A DNA stretch of 64,000 bases, taken from an uncultured Fibrobacterota bacterium. GTDB lineage: Bacteria > Fibrobacterota > Chitinivibrionia > Chitinivibrionales > FEN-1185. How positions within the stretch are numbered: the first letter of the stretch is position 1; every line of letters starts with the position of its first letter. A program made the translations under genes and the position numbers. Location: contig CAVWBU010000024.1 of NCBI GenBank assembly GCA_963753345.1, forward strand, positions 96,001 through 160,000, given 5' to 3'. Below are positions 1 through 10,098 of the stretch, one piece after another. The notes under the pieces are model-generated. The model worked only from the letters and a program-made list of their open reading frames with translations, searched no databases and had not been told where the DNA came from.

Positions 1-282
1 GGATTTTCAATCGTTGCCAAGGTGGAACCGTACCCGGGCATACCGCCGACCGGCATTCACCTTGCCGATCTTGTCGGCGTCATCAAAAAGGAAAACGTCG
101 CCTTCGTCATTCAGGAACCCTATTTTTCCGACGACGCCCCGCGTTTTCTCAATCGTCAAACAGGCGTCAAGGTGTTCAAATGCGCGCCGTCGTGTTCCGA
201 TGTCACGCCATCGTCCTACTTTGATCATTTCGAAGGAATCACCAATCAATTGACCACCGCAGCCGGAGGAAAACAGCCATGA
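1..282 (+). CDS. Metal (Zn/Mn-type) ABC transporter substrate-binding protein, 3' part (5' end outside window)
   Basis: Frame 1 is open from base 1. EPYPGIPPTGIHLADLV...IQEPYF...YFDHF resembles the C-lobe of ZnuA/TroA (cluster A-I) binding proteins. Overlaps the start of a metal permease. Confidence 0.75.
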   Translation, partial: GFSIVAKVEPYPGIPPTGIHLADLVGVIKKENVAFVIQEPYFSDDAPRFLNRQTGVKVFKCAPSCSDVTPSSYFDHFEGITNQLTTAAGGKQP

Positions 283-1121
283 TGCTTTTTCACTATTCTT
301 TTATGCTCCCCGCGCTTGCGGTCTGCCTTGTTCTTGCCGGGGTCCATACGTATTTCGGGTACCATATTGTCCAGCGCGGCGTGATTTTTGTGGACCTTGC
401 GCTCGCACAGATCGCCGCTCTCGGCGCAAGCGTGGCTATCCTTGTGGGCTGGGGAGAAAATGCGCCGTTCCTTAACTTCTGCGTCAGCCTCGCATTCACG
501 CTGGGAGGAGCCGTGCTGTTTGCGTTCCTACGGAAGGGCCAGGACAAGGCGCCCATGGAAGCGCTTATCGGCATTGCCTATGCCGGCGCAATTGCGATTT
601 CCCTGCTCGTGCTGGAGAAATCCGCCACCGGCACGGAACATATCAAAGAGATGCTGGTGGGCACCATTCTGACGGTTTCATGGCGCGAAGTTCTTCAACT
701 CGGCGCCATCGTTCTCGTGGTGGCAATCATTCATTGGCTGGCAAGAAAAAAACTGTTTATGATTTCCGAAGATCCGGACAAAGCGGCGCAGAACCGTCTG
801 CGTCTCTGGTGGTGGGACATCGTCTTTTACGCGACCTTCGGCGTGGTGGTCACCTCCTCGGTCAAAGTTGCCGGCGTACTTCTGATTTTTTCACTGTTGA
901 TCATTCCCGCGGTGAGCGCGATGATCAGCACCTCGGGAACAATTAAACGGGTGGTGTTCGGCTGGGTTTTCGGCCTGGTCGGCTGCGTTCTCGGGTTGGA
1001 GGCTTCGCTCCGGGGGGATTTCGCGGCCGGCCCGGCGATAATCGCAACTTTGCTGGGGCTTCTGTTGCTATGCGCCGCGGCAGGACCCGCATTGAAGATT
1101 GTTCGGGCGGCAAGGAAATAG
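279..1121 (+). CDS. Metal ABC transporter permease (ZnuB/MntB, ABC-3 family)
   Basis: 280 aa, about 8-9 hydrophobic helices. Contains RGVIFVDLALAQIAALG, VTSSVKVAGVLLIFSLLIIPA and GPAII motifs of ABC-3 permeases. Confidence 0.85.
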   Translation: MMLFHYSFMLPALAVCLVLAGVHTYFGYHIVQRGVIFVDLALAQIAALGASVAILVGWGENAPFLNFCVSLAFTLGGAVLFAFLRKGQDKAPMEALIGIAYAGAIAISLLVLEKSATGTEHIKEMLVGTILTVSWREVLQLGAIVLVVAIIHWLARKKLFMISEDPDKAAQNRLRLWWWDIVFYATFGVVVTSSVKVAGVLLIFSLLIIPAVSAMISTSGTIKRVVFGWVFGLVGCVLGLEASLRGDFAAGPAIIATLLGLLLLCAAAGPALKIVRAARK

Positions 1122-1213
1122 GAATCCGCGGCACTTTTGCGTTCGTCAAGGCCTTCGACCGTTTCGTATCGGATGCATGAATGCCGCAACGATGATTCTG
1201 ATGCATTGCACCG

Positions 1214-2107
1214 TCAATCGATACCGTATTCGCCCTCGTTGATCCGTGCCCCTTCAGAGGCGCCGAAATTGGTGTCCCGGTACGCCACGGATACCGCGGA
1301 TTGATACACGTCAACGATCATGTACCCCGACCCGGGGAATCTGTCGATTGCCACCCAGTTCGGCAGGAGACGGACGTTGGTGAAAAACGGGATATTGTTA
1401 CGGAAGCCTGACCAGCGGGAATGAAGGTGGCCGGAAAAATACGCAAGGACGTTGTGATCGTCAAGGAGCCGGAACAGCTCGATTGAATTGAGAACGGCAT
1501 ACAGCGGCGTCTCGGGATGAAACGGATAATGTGAAAAAACCATGAGCGGCGTTTCCTTCGGGATGAAGGCGAGCATCTTCCTGAGCCACAGCTTCCTGGA
1601 TACCCCCACGGTAACCCACGGTTTCGTGTCGTTCGACAGATCGAGAAATATCAGCCCCACGTTCCTGTGGATCACAAGGTAATTTCCACGGTTCTCTCCG
1701 AACAGCGTGTAGTAGTTGTTCTTTCCCGCTTCGCCCACCGCCGTGATATCGTGGTTGCCGATAACCGGATAATACGGCTTTTCGAGTTTGTCAAAGTGCT
1801 CCTTCACCGATTTCATGATGGTGATGTTGCCGTGGTTCGTAAGGTCGCCTGCCACCACCGCGAATTCCCATTGCGGCACATCGTTCTTCCATTCGTTGAT
1901 GACTTTCGTCAGCATGACGCCGTCTTTTTCATCTCCCCGGTAATGGACGTCGTTGCTGAAAATGAAACGGAACCTGCGCTCGGAGCGCCGTTGGGAGATG
2001 CCCGGCGACGAGCAGCCCGGCAGAAAAGGCAGCGCAAGGGCCGACGCGGCAACCCGCACAAACCGGCGCCGCGGCATGGCGCCGCAGAAAATCTTGTTTT
2101 CGCCCAT
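1214..2107 (-). CDS. Calcineurin-like metallophosphoesterase, probable Tat-exported lipoprotein
   Basis: Motifs DVH, GDLT, GNHD, SHYP and GHLH. N-terminal RRRF twin-arginine, then LPGC lipobox. Start could be 2137, 2107 or slightly downstream. Confidence 0.8.
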   Translation of the reverse strand: MGENKIFCGAMPRRRFVRVAASALALPFLPGCSSPGISQRRSERRFRFIFSNDVHYRGDEKDGVMLTKVINEWKNDVPQWEFAVVAGDLTNHGNITIMKSVKEHFDKLEKPYYPVIGNHDITAVGEAGKNNYYTLFGENRGNYLVIHRNVGLIFLDLSNDTKPWVTVGVSRKLWLRKMLAFIPKETPLMVFSHYPFHPETPLYAVLNSIELFRLLDDHNVLAYFSGHLHSRWSGFRNNIPFFTNVRLLPNWVAIDRFPGSGYMIVDVYQSAVSVAYRDTNFGASEGARINEGEYGID

Positions 2108-2354
2108 GAGATTGCGTTTCCTGTTCTCCCCGCCCACCCATCCAGGATTTCACCCCATGAGAGTATAAGAATTTTTCTGATGTTTTTCAAGCTAAAAATC
2201 CGAAACTTCCATGCTGTGGACTTACCGGTGGTAAATGGTTCGCATCTTGCATATCACTCAAGGCGGTAAACAACGGGCAGTATGAATTGCAGTCCTATCG
2301 GAGCATAGGGGAAGGGGCGGTCCGATGCATCGCATTGACTTCCACTAAAAAACC

Positions 2355-3299
2355 CTACTGCGGCACATGGGCTTTGCGCCAATTGCGGACGTTGGCGAGA
2401 CCGACGACCGCCGCAGGGCTGCCGTTTCTTGATCCCTGCGTGAAAAACCCCTCCGCCTCGTCGATGCGCTGCCGATCAAAGGCGATGCTGCCGGCAAGCA
2501 CGGCCATGTCCGCAAAGTTCGGGAAACGCTTCATGCCGTCACGGCAGGTCTCAAGCGCCACCAGCTGATTGCCGGATTGCTGCTGAAGCAATGCGATGCG
2601 ATAGAGGGTCCATTGTTTAGTTTTGTCAAGATCAAAGGCCATGGTGAGATAAGAAATGGAGCGGGGAATATCGCCCGCCTTTTCGTACAAGTCGGCAAGA
2701 AGCAGATAGACATATAAGGTGTTCTTTCCGTTCGGCGGGAATGATTCGAGCCATTTGATTGCCTCGTCCGCATCCCCCATGTCGCGATACATTTCCCCAA
2801 GAGCGATGTAGGCCTCCTCCACCTGTGGATACAGTCTGATTATGTTTTCAAAGGCTGCCACAGCCTTGGCAATTGCACCTACCCGGCGCAGCGTGGCTGC
2901 CTGGATCAGAAGCGCTTTCTGGTGAGTCGGGTCCAGTTTGAGCGTGCGTTGTATCGATGCAAGGCATCGGCCGAGGTCGTTGAGCTGGTAATAGCACACG
3001 GCAAGGTTGAAATTGGCCTTAAAAAAATTCGGTGCATTCTGGATGCATGCGCGATAGTAAACGACCGCTTCCGCAAGGCTGTCGAGCTGGAAATACGCGT
3101 TGGCCATATTGTAGTAGCACAGGGCTGGCGTCTCGCCTTCGCCGGCGGCCTTGCGAAAAAGCTTTATTGCCTGAAGGAAATTCCCGGCATTGTAGGCCTC
3201 ATCGGCCTGGGAAAGCGAGGTCGTGGCGGCGACAGGCATTGCCGCTGCAATGAGCATCAGGATGAAGAAAATCGTTTTTTTCATGACAGGCAAAGTCAC
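2355..3299 (-). CDS. Periplasmic TPR-repeat protein (TtpD-like, last gene of TonB operon)
   Basis: Signal peptide MKKTIFFILMLIAAAMPVAA and tandem TPR consensus (YYNMANAY, ANFNLAVCY, AYIALGEMY). 4-bp overlap with tonB. Confidence 0.8.
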   Translation of the reverse strand: MTLPVMKKTIFFILMLIAAAMPVAATTSLSQADEAYNAGNFLQAIKLFRKAAGEGETPALCYYNMANAYFQLDSLAEAVVYYRACIQNAPNFFKANFNLAVCYYQLNDLGRCLASIQRTLKLDPTHQKALLIQAATLRRVGAIAKAVAAFENIIRLYPQVEEAYIALGEMYRDMGDADEAIKWLESFPPNGKNTLYVYLLLADLYEKAGDIPRSISYLTMAFDLDKTKQWTLYRIALLQQQSGNQLVALETCRDGMKRFPNFADMAVLAGSIAFDRQRIDEAEGFFTQGSRNGSPAAVVGLANVRNWRKAHVPQ

Positions 3300-3934
3300 T
3301 GATCAAGATTGAAGTGGATTACTTGACGGAACCGCTGGTTGACCGGAATCCCCTTGTTTCGTGCCGGTTTGAAGCGCCATAGCGCCACTCCCCGCTTGAC
3401 TTCTGCGGTGAACAAGGGCGATGACGATTTTGTGACCTGGATATCGGTTATTTTTCCCTCATGGGTTACAACGAATTCCACTTCGACCGTGCCTTTGATC
3501 CCCTGCTCGGCCGCGCGATCGGGATACGGGATGGGCGGCGTGTACTCCGGCGATGCGTCCTGGTCGACTTGGCCCTGCTCAAACACTTCGGCGGAAAGTT
3601 CCTGCTTTTGCAGCGCCACACCCGTTCCACCTTCCCCCGAAGCGTCAACGGTCAGGTCCGGCGCGAAACGCATGTTCATCTGTTTCTCAAGGGACCTTCC
3701 CTGGTTCGTCGGCGTTTGTACTTGGCGGATGCGCTGCTGCACCAGCTTTTTCTCCTCAGGAGGCTTGCGGACGATGTCCAATGCCGAAATCCTGCGCGGC
3801 TGCTGCTTGTCCGACTTGGAACCAAGACCCACTGCGGCATGCAGCAGCGAAACTCCGGTGAACAGAACAAAACTCACCACGACGGCAAGCGCCAGACGCC
3901 CGATCCACAGTGACCAATAGGAAACAATATTCAT
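3296..3934 (-). CDS. tonB: Energy transducer TonB
   Basis: N-terminal TM anchor. C-terminal TonB domain YPDRAAEQGIKGTVEVEFVVTHEGKI...WRFKPA. Confidence 0.9.
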   Translation of the reverse strand: MNIVSYWSLWIGRLALAVVVSFVLFTGVSLLHAAVGLGSKSDKQQPRRISALDIVRKPPEEKKLVQQRIRQVQTPTNQGRSLEKQMNMRFAPDLTVDASGEGGTGVALQKQELSAEVFEQGQVDQDASPEYTPPIPYPDRAAEQGIKGTVEVEFVVTHEGKITDIQVTKSSSPLFTAEVKRGVALWRFKPARNKGIPVNQRFRQVIHFNLDQ

Positions 3935-3940
3935 GTGGCA

Positions 3941-4978
3941 TCAGTCCTTGCTTGCCGCGATTGATATCTTCTGCACACCCGCAAGAGTGCATTGGTCGAT
4001 TACCTCGACCGTCCTGCCGACCGATCCGTCCCGGTCAGACACGATAACCACCGAAATATCGGGCTGTTTGCCGACCTCCTGCTCCACAAGCGTGCGAACG
4101 CGTTCGACCGTGGTCTGGCGGCCGTAAATGTGCACCGTGCCTTCACGGGTGATTCCGATAAGTATCGCCTTCTGCCCGGCAGGACGTGCACTCTGCGCCT
4201 TGGGCTTTGAAACGTCCACGCCGGTTTCCACATACAGGTTAGCAGTGACCACGAAGAAGATCAATAAAATCATGATCGTGTCGACAAACGGCGCAAGGTT
4301 GATTTCAGGGTTCTGGTGTTCCTCCTGGAACGGGTTGTTGATGGGACGCATCGATCCTCCTTTGGAAGGTTCGGCCTTTGCCTCTGGACGGCCGCGCAGA
4401 AGTTTACTTAATAGTATGTCCCGGTCTTCGCGAAGGCCGGCAATAAGCTTTTCTTTTGCGGTATTGAGATAATTCAGGAACAAAAGCGACGACACGGCCA
4501 CTGCCAGACCGGTCAGCGTGGCCTCGAGCGCCATGGAAATACCGTTGGCCATGATTGTCGGATTGCCGAAACCGAACTCGCCGATAATGGCGAACATGCT
4601 GTTCATACCGGTGATGGTACCCAGCAGGCCCAAAAGAGGCGCCATAACGATGCAGGCGGTGATGGTAGAAAAACCGCGGTCGAGCCGGGGCTTTATTTGG
4701 ATCAAGAGCTCGTCGAAGGTGCGTTCAACCTGCTCAGGTTTGATTCCCGGCCTCAGGAGCCGGTTGACAAAAACGTCAAAGGCGGAGTAGCCTGTGCGCG
4801 TCGTCGGTCCCGCCTCTTGCGTCACCAGTATGGCGTGAACCCGTGTGCGCGCCTTGCGCAGCTGTGCAAAGCGGATCAGCTTTCCGAATACGATGTGCCA
4901 GACCACGACCGACACGGCAAAGATCGGAAACAGCACCCATCCGCCTTCATAAAAGAGCTTCAAAAACGGTGTGAACAC
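3941..4978 (-). CDS. ExbB-ExbD fusion protein (MotA/TolQ/ExbB channel fused in frame to ExbD/TolR)
   Basis: Residues 1 to ~190 carry APLLGLLGTITGM and GISMALEATLTGL (ExbB). Residues 210-345 carry EINLAPFVDTIMILLIFFVVT and VIVSDRD (ExbD). There is no stop between them. An internal AAAGGAGG precedes the in-frame ATG at 4351. Confidence 0.85.
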   Translation of the reverse strand: MFTPFLKLFYEGGWVLFPIFAVSVVVWHIVFGKLIRFAQLRKARTRVHAILVTQEAGPTTRTGYSAFDVFVNRLLRPGIKPEQVERTFDELLIQIKPRLDRGFSTITACIVMAPLLGLLGTITGMNSMFAIIGEFGFGNPTIMANGISMALEATLTGLAVAVSSLLFLNYLNTAKEKLIAGLREDRDILLSKLLRGRPEAKAEPSKGGSMRPINNPFQEEHQNPEINLAPFVDTIMILLIFFVVTANLYVETGVDVSKPKAQSARPAGQKAILIGITREGTVHIYGRQTTVERVRTLVEQEVGKQPDISVVIVSDRDGSVGRTVEVIDQCTLAGVQKISIAASKD

Positions 4979-4981
4979 TTC

Positions 4982-6448
4982 TTATTCCTTAGGATAGACG
5001 GCATCGAGTATGGCAATCGTGTCATTCTCCAGGTCCGCCATGAGACGGTCCTTGGCGGAACGAAGCAAGTCATGGATAAAAAGTACAGGAATGGCAATGG
5101 CCAGACCGGTTTTCGCCGTAATAAGAGCCTCGGATATTCCACCTGCAAGAAACTTTGGGTCCCCGGTTCCATAGTGGGTGACCTCAGCGAACAGCGTGAT
5201 CATGCCGCTTATGGTTCCCAAAAGTCCAAGAAGCGGAGCTGCGCCCGCGATGACCGCCAGCGTATTGAGATTGCGGCGCAAGGGAGGGGTCTCTAGCGAC
5301 AGAATTTCGTACACGGCTCGTTCACCTGTCTGCCTGCCTCGGCTTTGTCGTTCAAGGCCGGCCTGAACTATGCGGGCAATTACCCCCTTCTTGCATGATT
5401 GCGCCCAAGCCAAAGCGGCGGCATAGTCTTTCTCATTAAGGAACTTCATTGCGGTGGCATATTGGCGCTTGAGCAGACGACCGCGCCCTGCATATTGAAG
5501 GATTTTGCCGATCGTCAGGTAAAGCACCCAGAAGGGAAGCATGAGCAGGGGAATCATTACCCAGCCGCCCTTGGCGAACGATTCGTACAACGCAAGCCAC
5601 GTAGATTGGCTTTTTCCGGCAATCAGCAAGCGGGCCTGGTCATTCTGCATCACCTCCATGAGCACATTTCCGGAAATGCGGCCGGTCGAAAGCCATTTAG
5701 GGAACTGTTCTGTCAATTTTGCCGCAAGCTGGGGCGCCGCGATCTTTTCCACGGAATACCGTTCAGCGCCCAGCCTGCCTGTTTGGCGCAGATAAAAGCA
5801 CGTTCCCGCGGCCGAGTCGATGCCGTAGCCGAATACGTTGCCGAAACGCGAAATTGTCAGTTGTTTCGGCCCGCCTTCTTCGGGGAGGACCACCGCCCTG
5901 GTGAGCATTATGGAATCGCCGCGGCCGTACCATGCCAGCCGGTAATTGACAAAGTCTCCAAAGGCCGCGGCGAGCGAATGATGTTCGTCTAGGGACGCCC
6001 GGATCTTTTCGAGCTCGGCGCGGCGGATCTCCTTGTCGAGCGGAAAGACCTCAAGGAGGCCGTCCGCTTCTTTCTGAAAAATGTCCTTGATCTGGTTTTG
6101 CAGGTATGTCCACTCATCCTTTTTCGCTTCGAGGTTTTTGACTTCATCCGCGAGCGACTGTTCGCGGCTGAGTTCTTCTTCCTTGATCCGCGCGAGTTCC
6201 GTCTCCATGCGGTCTTGCTGTTCGTGCAGCTTGTCGAACTGGTCCTTGTTTGCCTCTTTCATTTCCACGGCCTGCTGCTTGACCGAGTATTCCTTTGTAA
6301 TGAGCTCCTGCAGGCTGTCGCGCGCCTTGTCGAGGGAGTTCTGGAGTTCCTTGCGTTCCGCTTCCTTCATCGCCTGGATCTTTTCGGCCTTGCCGGCAAA
6401 AGATACCGTGACCGTAAGGAAAAGAATTGCGAAAAGTATCTTTTTCAT
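4982..6448 (-). CDS. Large MotA/TolQ/ExbB-family protein with N-terminal coiled coil (TtpC-like)
   Basis: Signal peptide, long coiled coil and ISRFGNVF segment. C-terminal ExbB motifs AAPLLGLLGTISGMI and GGISEALITAKTGLAIAIP. Confidence 0.85.
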   Translation of the reverse strand: MKKILFAILFLTVTVSFAGKAEKIQAMKEAERKELQNSLDKARDSLQELITKEYSVKQQAVEMKEANKDQFDKLHEQQDRMETELARIKEEELSREQSLADEVKNLEAKKDEWTYLQNQIKDIFQKEADGLLEVFPLDKEIRRAELEKIRASLDEHHSLAAAFGDFVNYRLAWYGRGDSIMLTRAVVLPEEGGPKQLTISRFGNVFGYGIDSAAGTCFYLRQTGRLGAERYSVEKIAAPQLAAKLTEQFPKWLSTGRISGNVLMEVMQNDQARLLIAGKSQSTWLALYESFAKGGWVMIPLLMLPFWVLYLTIGKILQYAGRGRLLKRQYATAMKFLNEKDYAAALAWAQSCKKGVIARIVQAGLERQSRGRQTGERAVYEILSLETPPLRRNLNTLAVIAGAAPLLGLLGTISGMITLFAEVTHYGTGDPKFLAGGISEALITAKTGLAIAIPVLFIHDLLRSAKDRLMADLENDTIAILDAVYPKE

Positions 6449-7288
6449 TTTGCGCCCCCTTGTCCCGCGTCGACGCCAAGAGGGAGATTTACAAACGCTG
6501 GCAGTGATTTTCCTTCCCGGATGTTAACCGCCTGAAGGATCATCATGGCGGTGCCCGGCGAATTCAGGTTCTTCCAGTGAGGAGCGCCGTCGTTTCCCCA
6601 TCCTGTGAAAACGGCGCATTTCTCCCCCTTGGTGTCAACTACCGCCTCGAAGATGGTCCCGATGCGCAAGACGGTAAACCATGCCTGGAATGTCGGGCGT
6701 CGGCGAGCTTTCCTGCGAAACCTGGATGCCGGAGCTGGCTTCGTCGAGCTTGTTAAGGATCTGCACCAGCCGCGTACAGCCTTCGACAATGTCGACCGAT
6801 TTGGTGGCCAGGTCATTGATAAGAAGGGAAAGGCCGGAGAGCGTGGGCGCCATGATAAGCGGCGGAAGCCTCTTTACCGCCGGAGTAACGTTGTTGCAAA
6901 AGGAGATCAGTTTCTGGCGGAACTCGTCCTGCGACAGCTCGATCTCATGGCGTTGCGCAAGCACGCCGCTGATCCGGGCTGCGAGCGCCTCATTGGCTCG
7001 CGACTGGACGGTGGTCTCGGACTTCAAAGTATCAAGCTGACTCTGTGTCTGGGCCAGATGCTGGGAAGTGCGTGCACGGTAAGCATCGAAGTCTTGTTTG
7101 TCCTTTTCCATTTCCTGGCCTACTCGCTCGGCGTCTACCTGCGATTGTATGAGTTCCTTTCGCAGCCGCGCGATTTCATCATCGATCGACGGGGGCGCGA
7201 CCTGGGCCGCGACTGCAAAGGCGCAGAACGCCAATGCCGCCGAGAATTTCACCGAGCGAACCATCTTTTTCATGTGCTTAGTCTCCAT
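6445..7288 (-). CDS. DUF3450/TtpB-like coiled-coil protein, interrupted by an apparent +1 frameshift near 6668
   Basis: ORF 6635-7288 (signal peptide, coiled coil, ...GMVYRL) continues in another frame as RIGTIFEAVVD...QAVNIREGKSLPAFVNLP (ORF 6445-6816). Removing one T from CGTCTTGCGCATC joins them. Position before the ttpC-like gene fits. Confidence 0.7.
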
Positions 7289-7382
7289 TCAGAAAAATCT
7301 TTTTGCAATTCGCACGATTGCCGGAATTGGGATGAAGGGCCTGCGGTTTTTCGCGGGCAGGCCCTTCACCACACGTATAGAA

Positions 7383-9520
7383 TTATGTCTTCAAACGCAG
7401 TCCAACATACAATTGCCTTCCACGCAATGGCCCCCAAATATGCGAGGTATTGAAATTGCCTTGAGCATCCCAATAGTGAGGATCGTCGCGGGCTGACCCT
7501 GTCTGGGTGTAGTTGAGCAGATTCTCGGCTCCCGCATACAGGTCCAGCGCCTTAAGCAGCTTCCAACTCGCTTTCATGTTGACCACGAAAAAACCTGGTG
7601 CCTGAGTGAGTTTGGGATCGCTTGCTACGCCGTTTTCAAAAACATTGTATTGATTTGCATAGCCGTACGGCGTCAGGTCTCGCGGCGCGGTCCAGGCCAC
7701 GTCTCCGGAAAGTGAAGCAGGTCCATAATTCATTTCGACGCGTCCGTTGACTTCGGTTTCCATGGCCGCCACCAGTTCTACTGCTTTGTATTGATCGGGA
7801 ATCTGCTGGTGTTCGACGCCTATGCCTAGCTTAAGCCATGACCATGGAAGAAAAGAGGCTTCGGCATCCACATCCAAAAACGGAAGCTGGATACTATCAT
7901 TTCGCAAGATGGGACGGGGTAAAGTCGAATCGTTGTCAACATATTCCAGATTAGAGACCTCGGTGAAATAACTGCCGACGGTTACGTTCCATTGCGACTT
8001 ATCGAAAGAAAGCGAGCCGCCGACTCCTTCGGCACTCTCCAGCTTATGAACGCCAATGTCGAAGCCGTTATCCAACAGGCCATGATCAAGTTCAAAGAAA
8101 GTGAGGGGCGCGCGCCAGCCCAAACCCGCAGACAGACGTCCCGTAAGGCCTTCGATAAACTCCCAACGCAGGCTCGCCCTCGGCGCGGCTATGAAATTGT
8201 CGATTTTTTCGCCGGGCTTATTGATCCAATTAACCTCAATATCATCCAGGCGCAGCGCCAGGGACAGGTCGCGCTGATGTCCGAAGTTCCACACGTCCTG
8301 CAAGTAACCGCCTCCGAAAGTTGCGTTATAAGAATCCGGAGTAATTCCAAGGACTTGGTAATAGTAGATGGGATTGCGACGCCATTCTTCTCGATGTTTC
8401 CGTCAATGCCCAGCGTAAGGGTGTTGGCCCAGGCGGTTGCCTGCCAGCGTAAGTCCCCCACAAAGTTATTGTCAGAATTGTTGTAATCCGCGCCGCCCTC
8501 ATATTCGGACACCTGCGATTGGCTGGCCATGCCCGCCCGCAACTGCCAAGTGCCCAGGTGCGGCGAATCCCACGTTAGCGTGCCCGCAGCCTTCGTCTCG
8601 AGTTGTTTGGACCCATTCAATAATATCCTGATTGGATTGCCTATAAAGGTATTTCGCACTACATTCCCTCCTACGTAGAGCGGAATCGAATCCGACGGCC
8701 CGACAGCCGCGCCCATGTGATTGGATGTCATCGCCGCGCCGAAAACCTCCGAATAGCTGTGCATGTACCGCAGATTCCACGACCAGTTTTCGCCAATAAG
8801 ACCGTTCAGTCTCAACAAGGCGCTTTCGTCGTTGAGAGACGGAGACTCCGAAACGCCATTGCCGTCGGCATCCCATTGTCCTTCATAAAAGTGATGCGCA
8901 GCAACGAGAATGCCGAGTTTCCCGCTGTCTACCACCGCCGTTCCTGAGAACGAAAGATGATTCCAATCATTATTGCCTATAGCGGCGTCGGCAGTGATGG
9001 AATTACGGATAGGGTCACGAAAACGAACATCCATGGCACCACCCATGGCGCCTGGAGCCAGGAGAGAAGCGCCAGGCCCGCGCGAGATATCAATGTCCGT
9101 GACTCCGGCCGTGGTGAGCGCGTCAACGCCGTAGAAACTCGTTACGGGAGTGTAAATCGGAAGGCCGTCGACAAGAACGGTTGTATGATTTGCGCCCAGG
9201 CCATTGATCTGAATTTGCTTGAAACCGCATGAACTGCATCCCGTCAGGACGCAGACGCCCGGTTCGGACGTCACCGCTTGAGTAAAATCATCCGCATTTT
9301 TGAGAAAGATGGCCTCGGGCGTAACAATGTTGGTTGGCTGGATTGCATTTGACAAAGCGCCCAGGCGGTCCAACCGGGCTTCGTTGAGCCTTTGGGTCGT
9401 GACGGTCATCGTGTCGAGCAAGTGTATTTTTTGCAAAGAGGAATCCACGTTGGTTTGCGCCTGTGCAAAACATGCAAAAGTAAAAAGAACGGTCACCACG
9501 AACAAAAACGATTTACGCAT
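7383..9520 (-). pseudogene. TonB-dependent receptor with several small indels (pseudogene or assembly error)
   Basis: N-part (ORF 8189-9631) has signal peptide MRKSFLFVV, plug IQINGLGANHTTVLVDG with CVLTGCSSCG, and ISRGPGASL. C-part (ORF 7383-8303) ends ENLLNYTQ...WGPLRGRQLYVGLRLKT. Frames switch around 8370-8390, with a compensating pair around 8590-8635. Alternative start at 9601. Confidence 0.75.
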
Positions 9521-9783
9521 GGGATTATTTGAAATAACAATTCCTGAAAACCCGCGTACGTATTGTAGTTGATATATCAATAATTCCAAATTGAATTTCA
9601 TATGCCTCCCGAGTCGCATGGTTAAACACATTGCTTTAAGGAATAAGCGCTGAAAGCCCGGGAGAGTTCGGCCTATTTATTTAGATGCTCCGTCTGAATT
9701 ATATATGCGTTGTGCGTAGATAATTTAGACTTGGAGTATCTTATTTGCCTCCCTGGCTGGTCAGCAAATAAAGGCGAAGTGTT

Positions 9784-10098
9784 TTAAGAAACCGAGATCA
9801 AAGCGGGAGGTGCGCGGCTATCAAAAGAGGACAAAATGCCGGGAATGCAATAGTGGACTACGTGGCGAGGCAATTCGACGATGTAATCGGCGACCGTTGG
9901 AAGAGAAAAAACCACTTCAGCCACAGGGGCGTTGTTCTGCATGGTGCAGAAGACGCAATCATCATGGTCCAGACCGTCACTATGGTGGTGGGCAGGTAGG
10001 GCAATGCCCAAAAAGAAGCAGATATATAGCGAGAAGAAAATCTTTAAAAAAAGATTTTTTTGTATAGCTTGAAAAAGGAAAAGCGGTTTATCGCGCAT
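9784..10098 (-). CDS. DUF2946-like upstream ORF (TM/signal segment, His cluster, CxxC, C-terminal RAPP); candidate ribosome-arrest metal sensor
   Basis: Hydrophobic segment, then AHHHSDGLDHDDCVFC ... SRAPPALISVS*. Lies directly upstream of a TBDR on the same strand. Confidence 0.75.
   Translation of the reverse strand: MRDKPLFLFQAIQKNLFLKIFFSLYICFFLGIALPAHHHSDGLDHDDCVFCTMQNNAPVAEVVFSLPTVADYIVELPRHVVHYCIPGILSSFDSRAPPALISVS

Noticed and set aside
279-1121. Metal ABC system apparently lacking an ATPase
   Set aside because: The operon begins outside the window, so absence cannot be judged.
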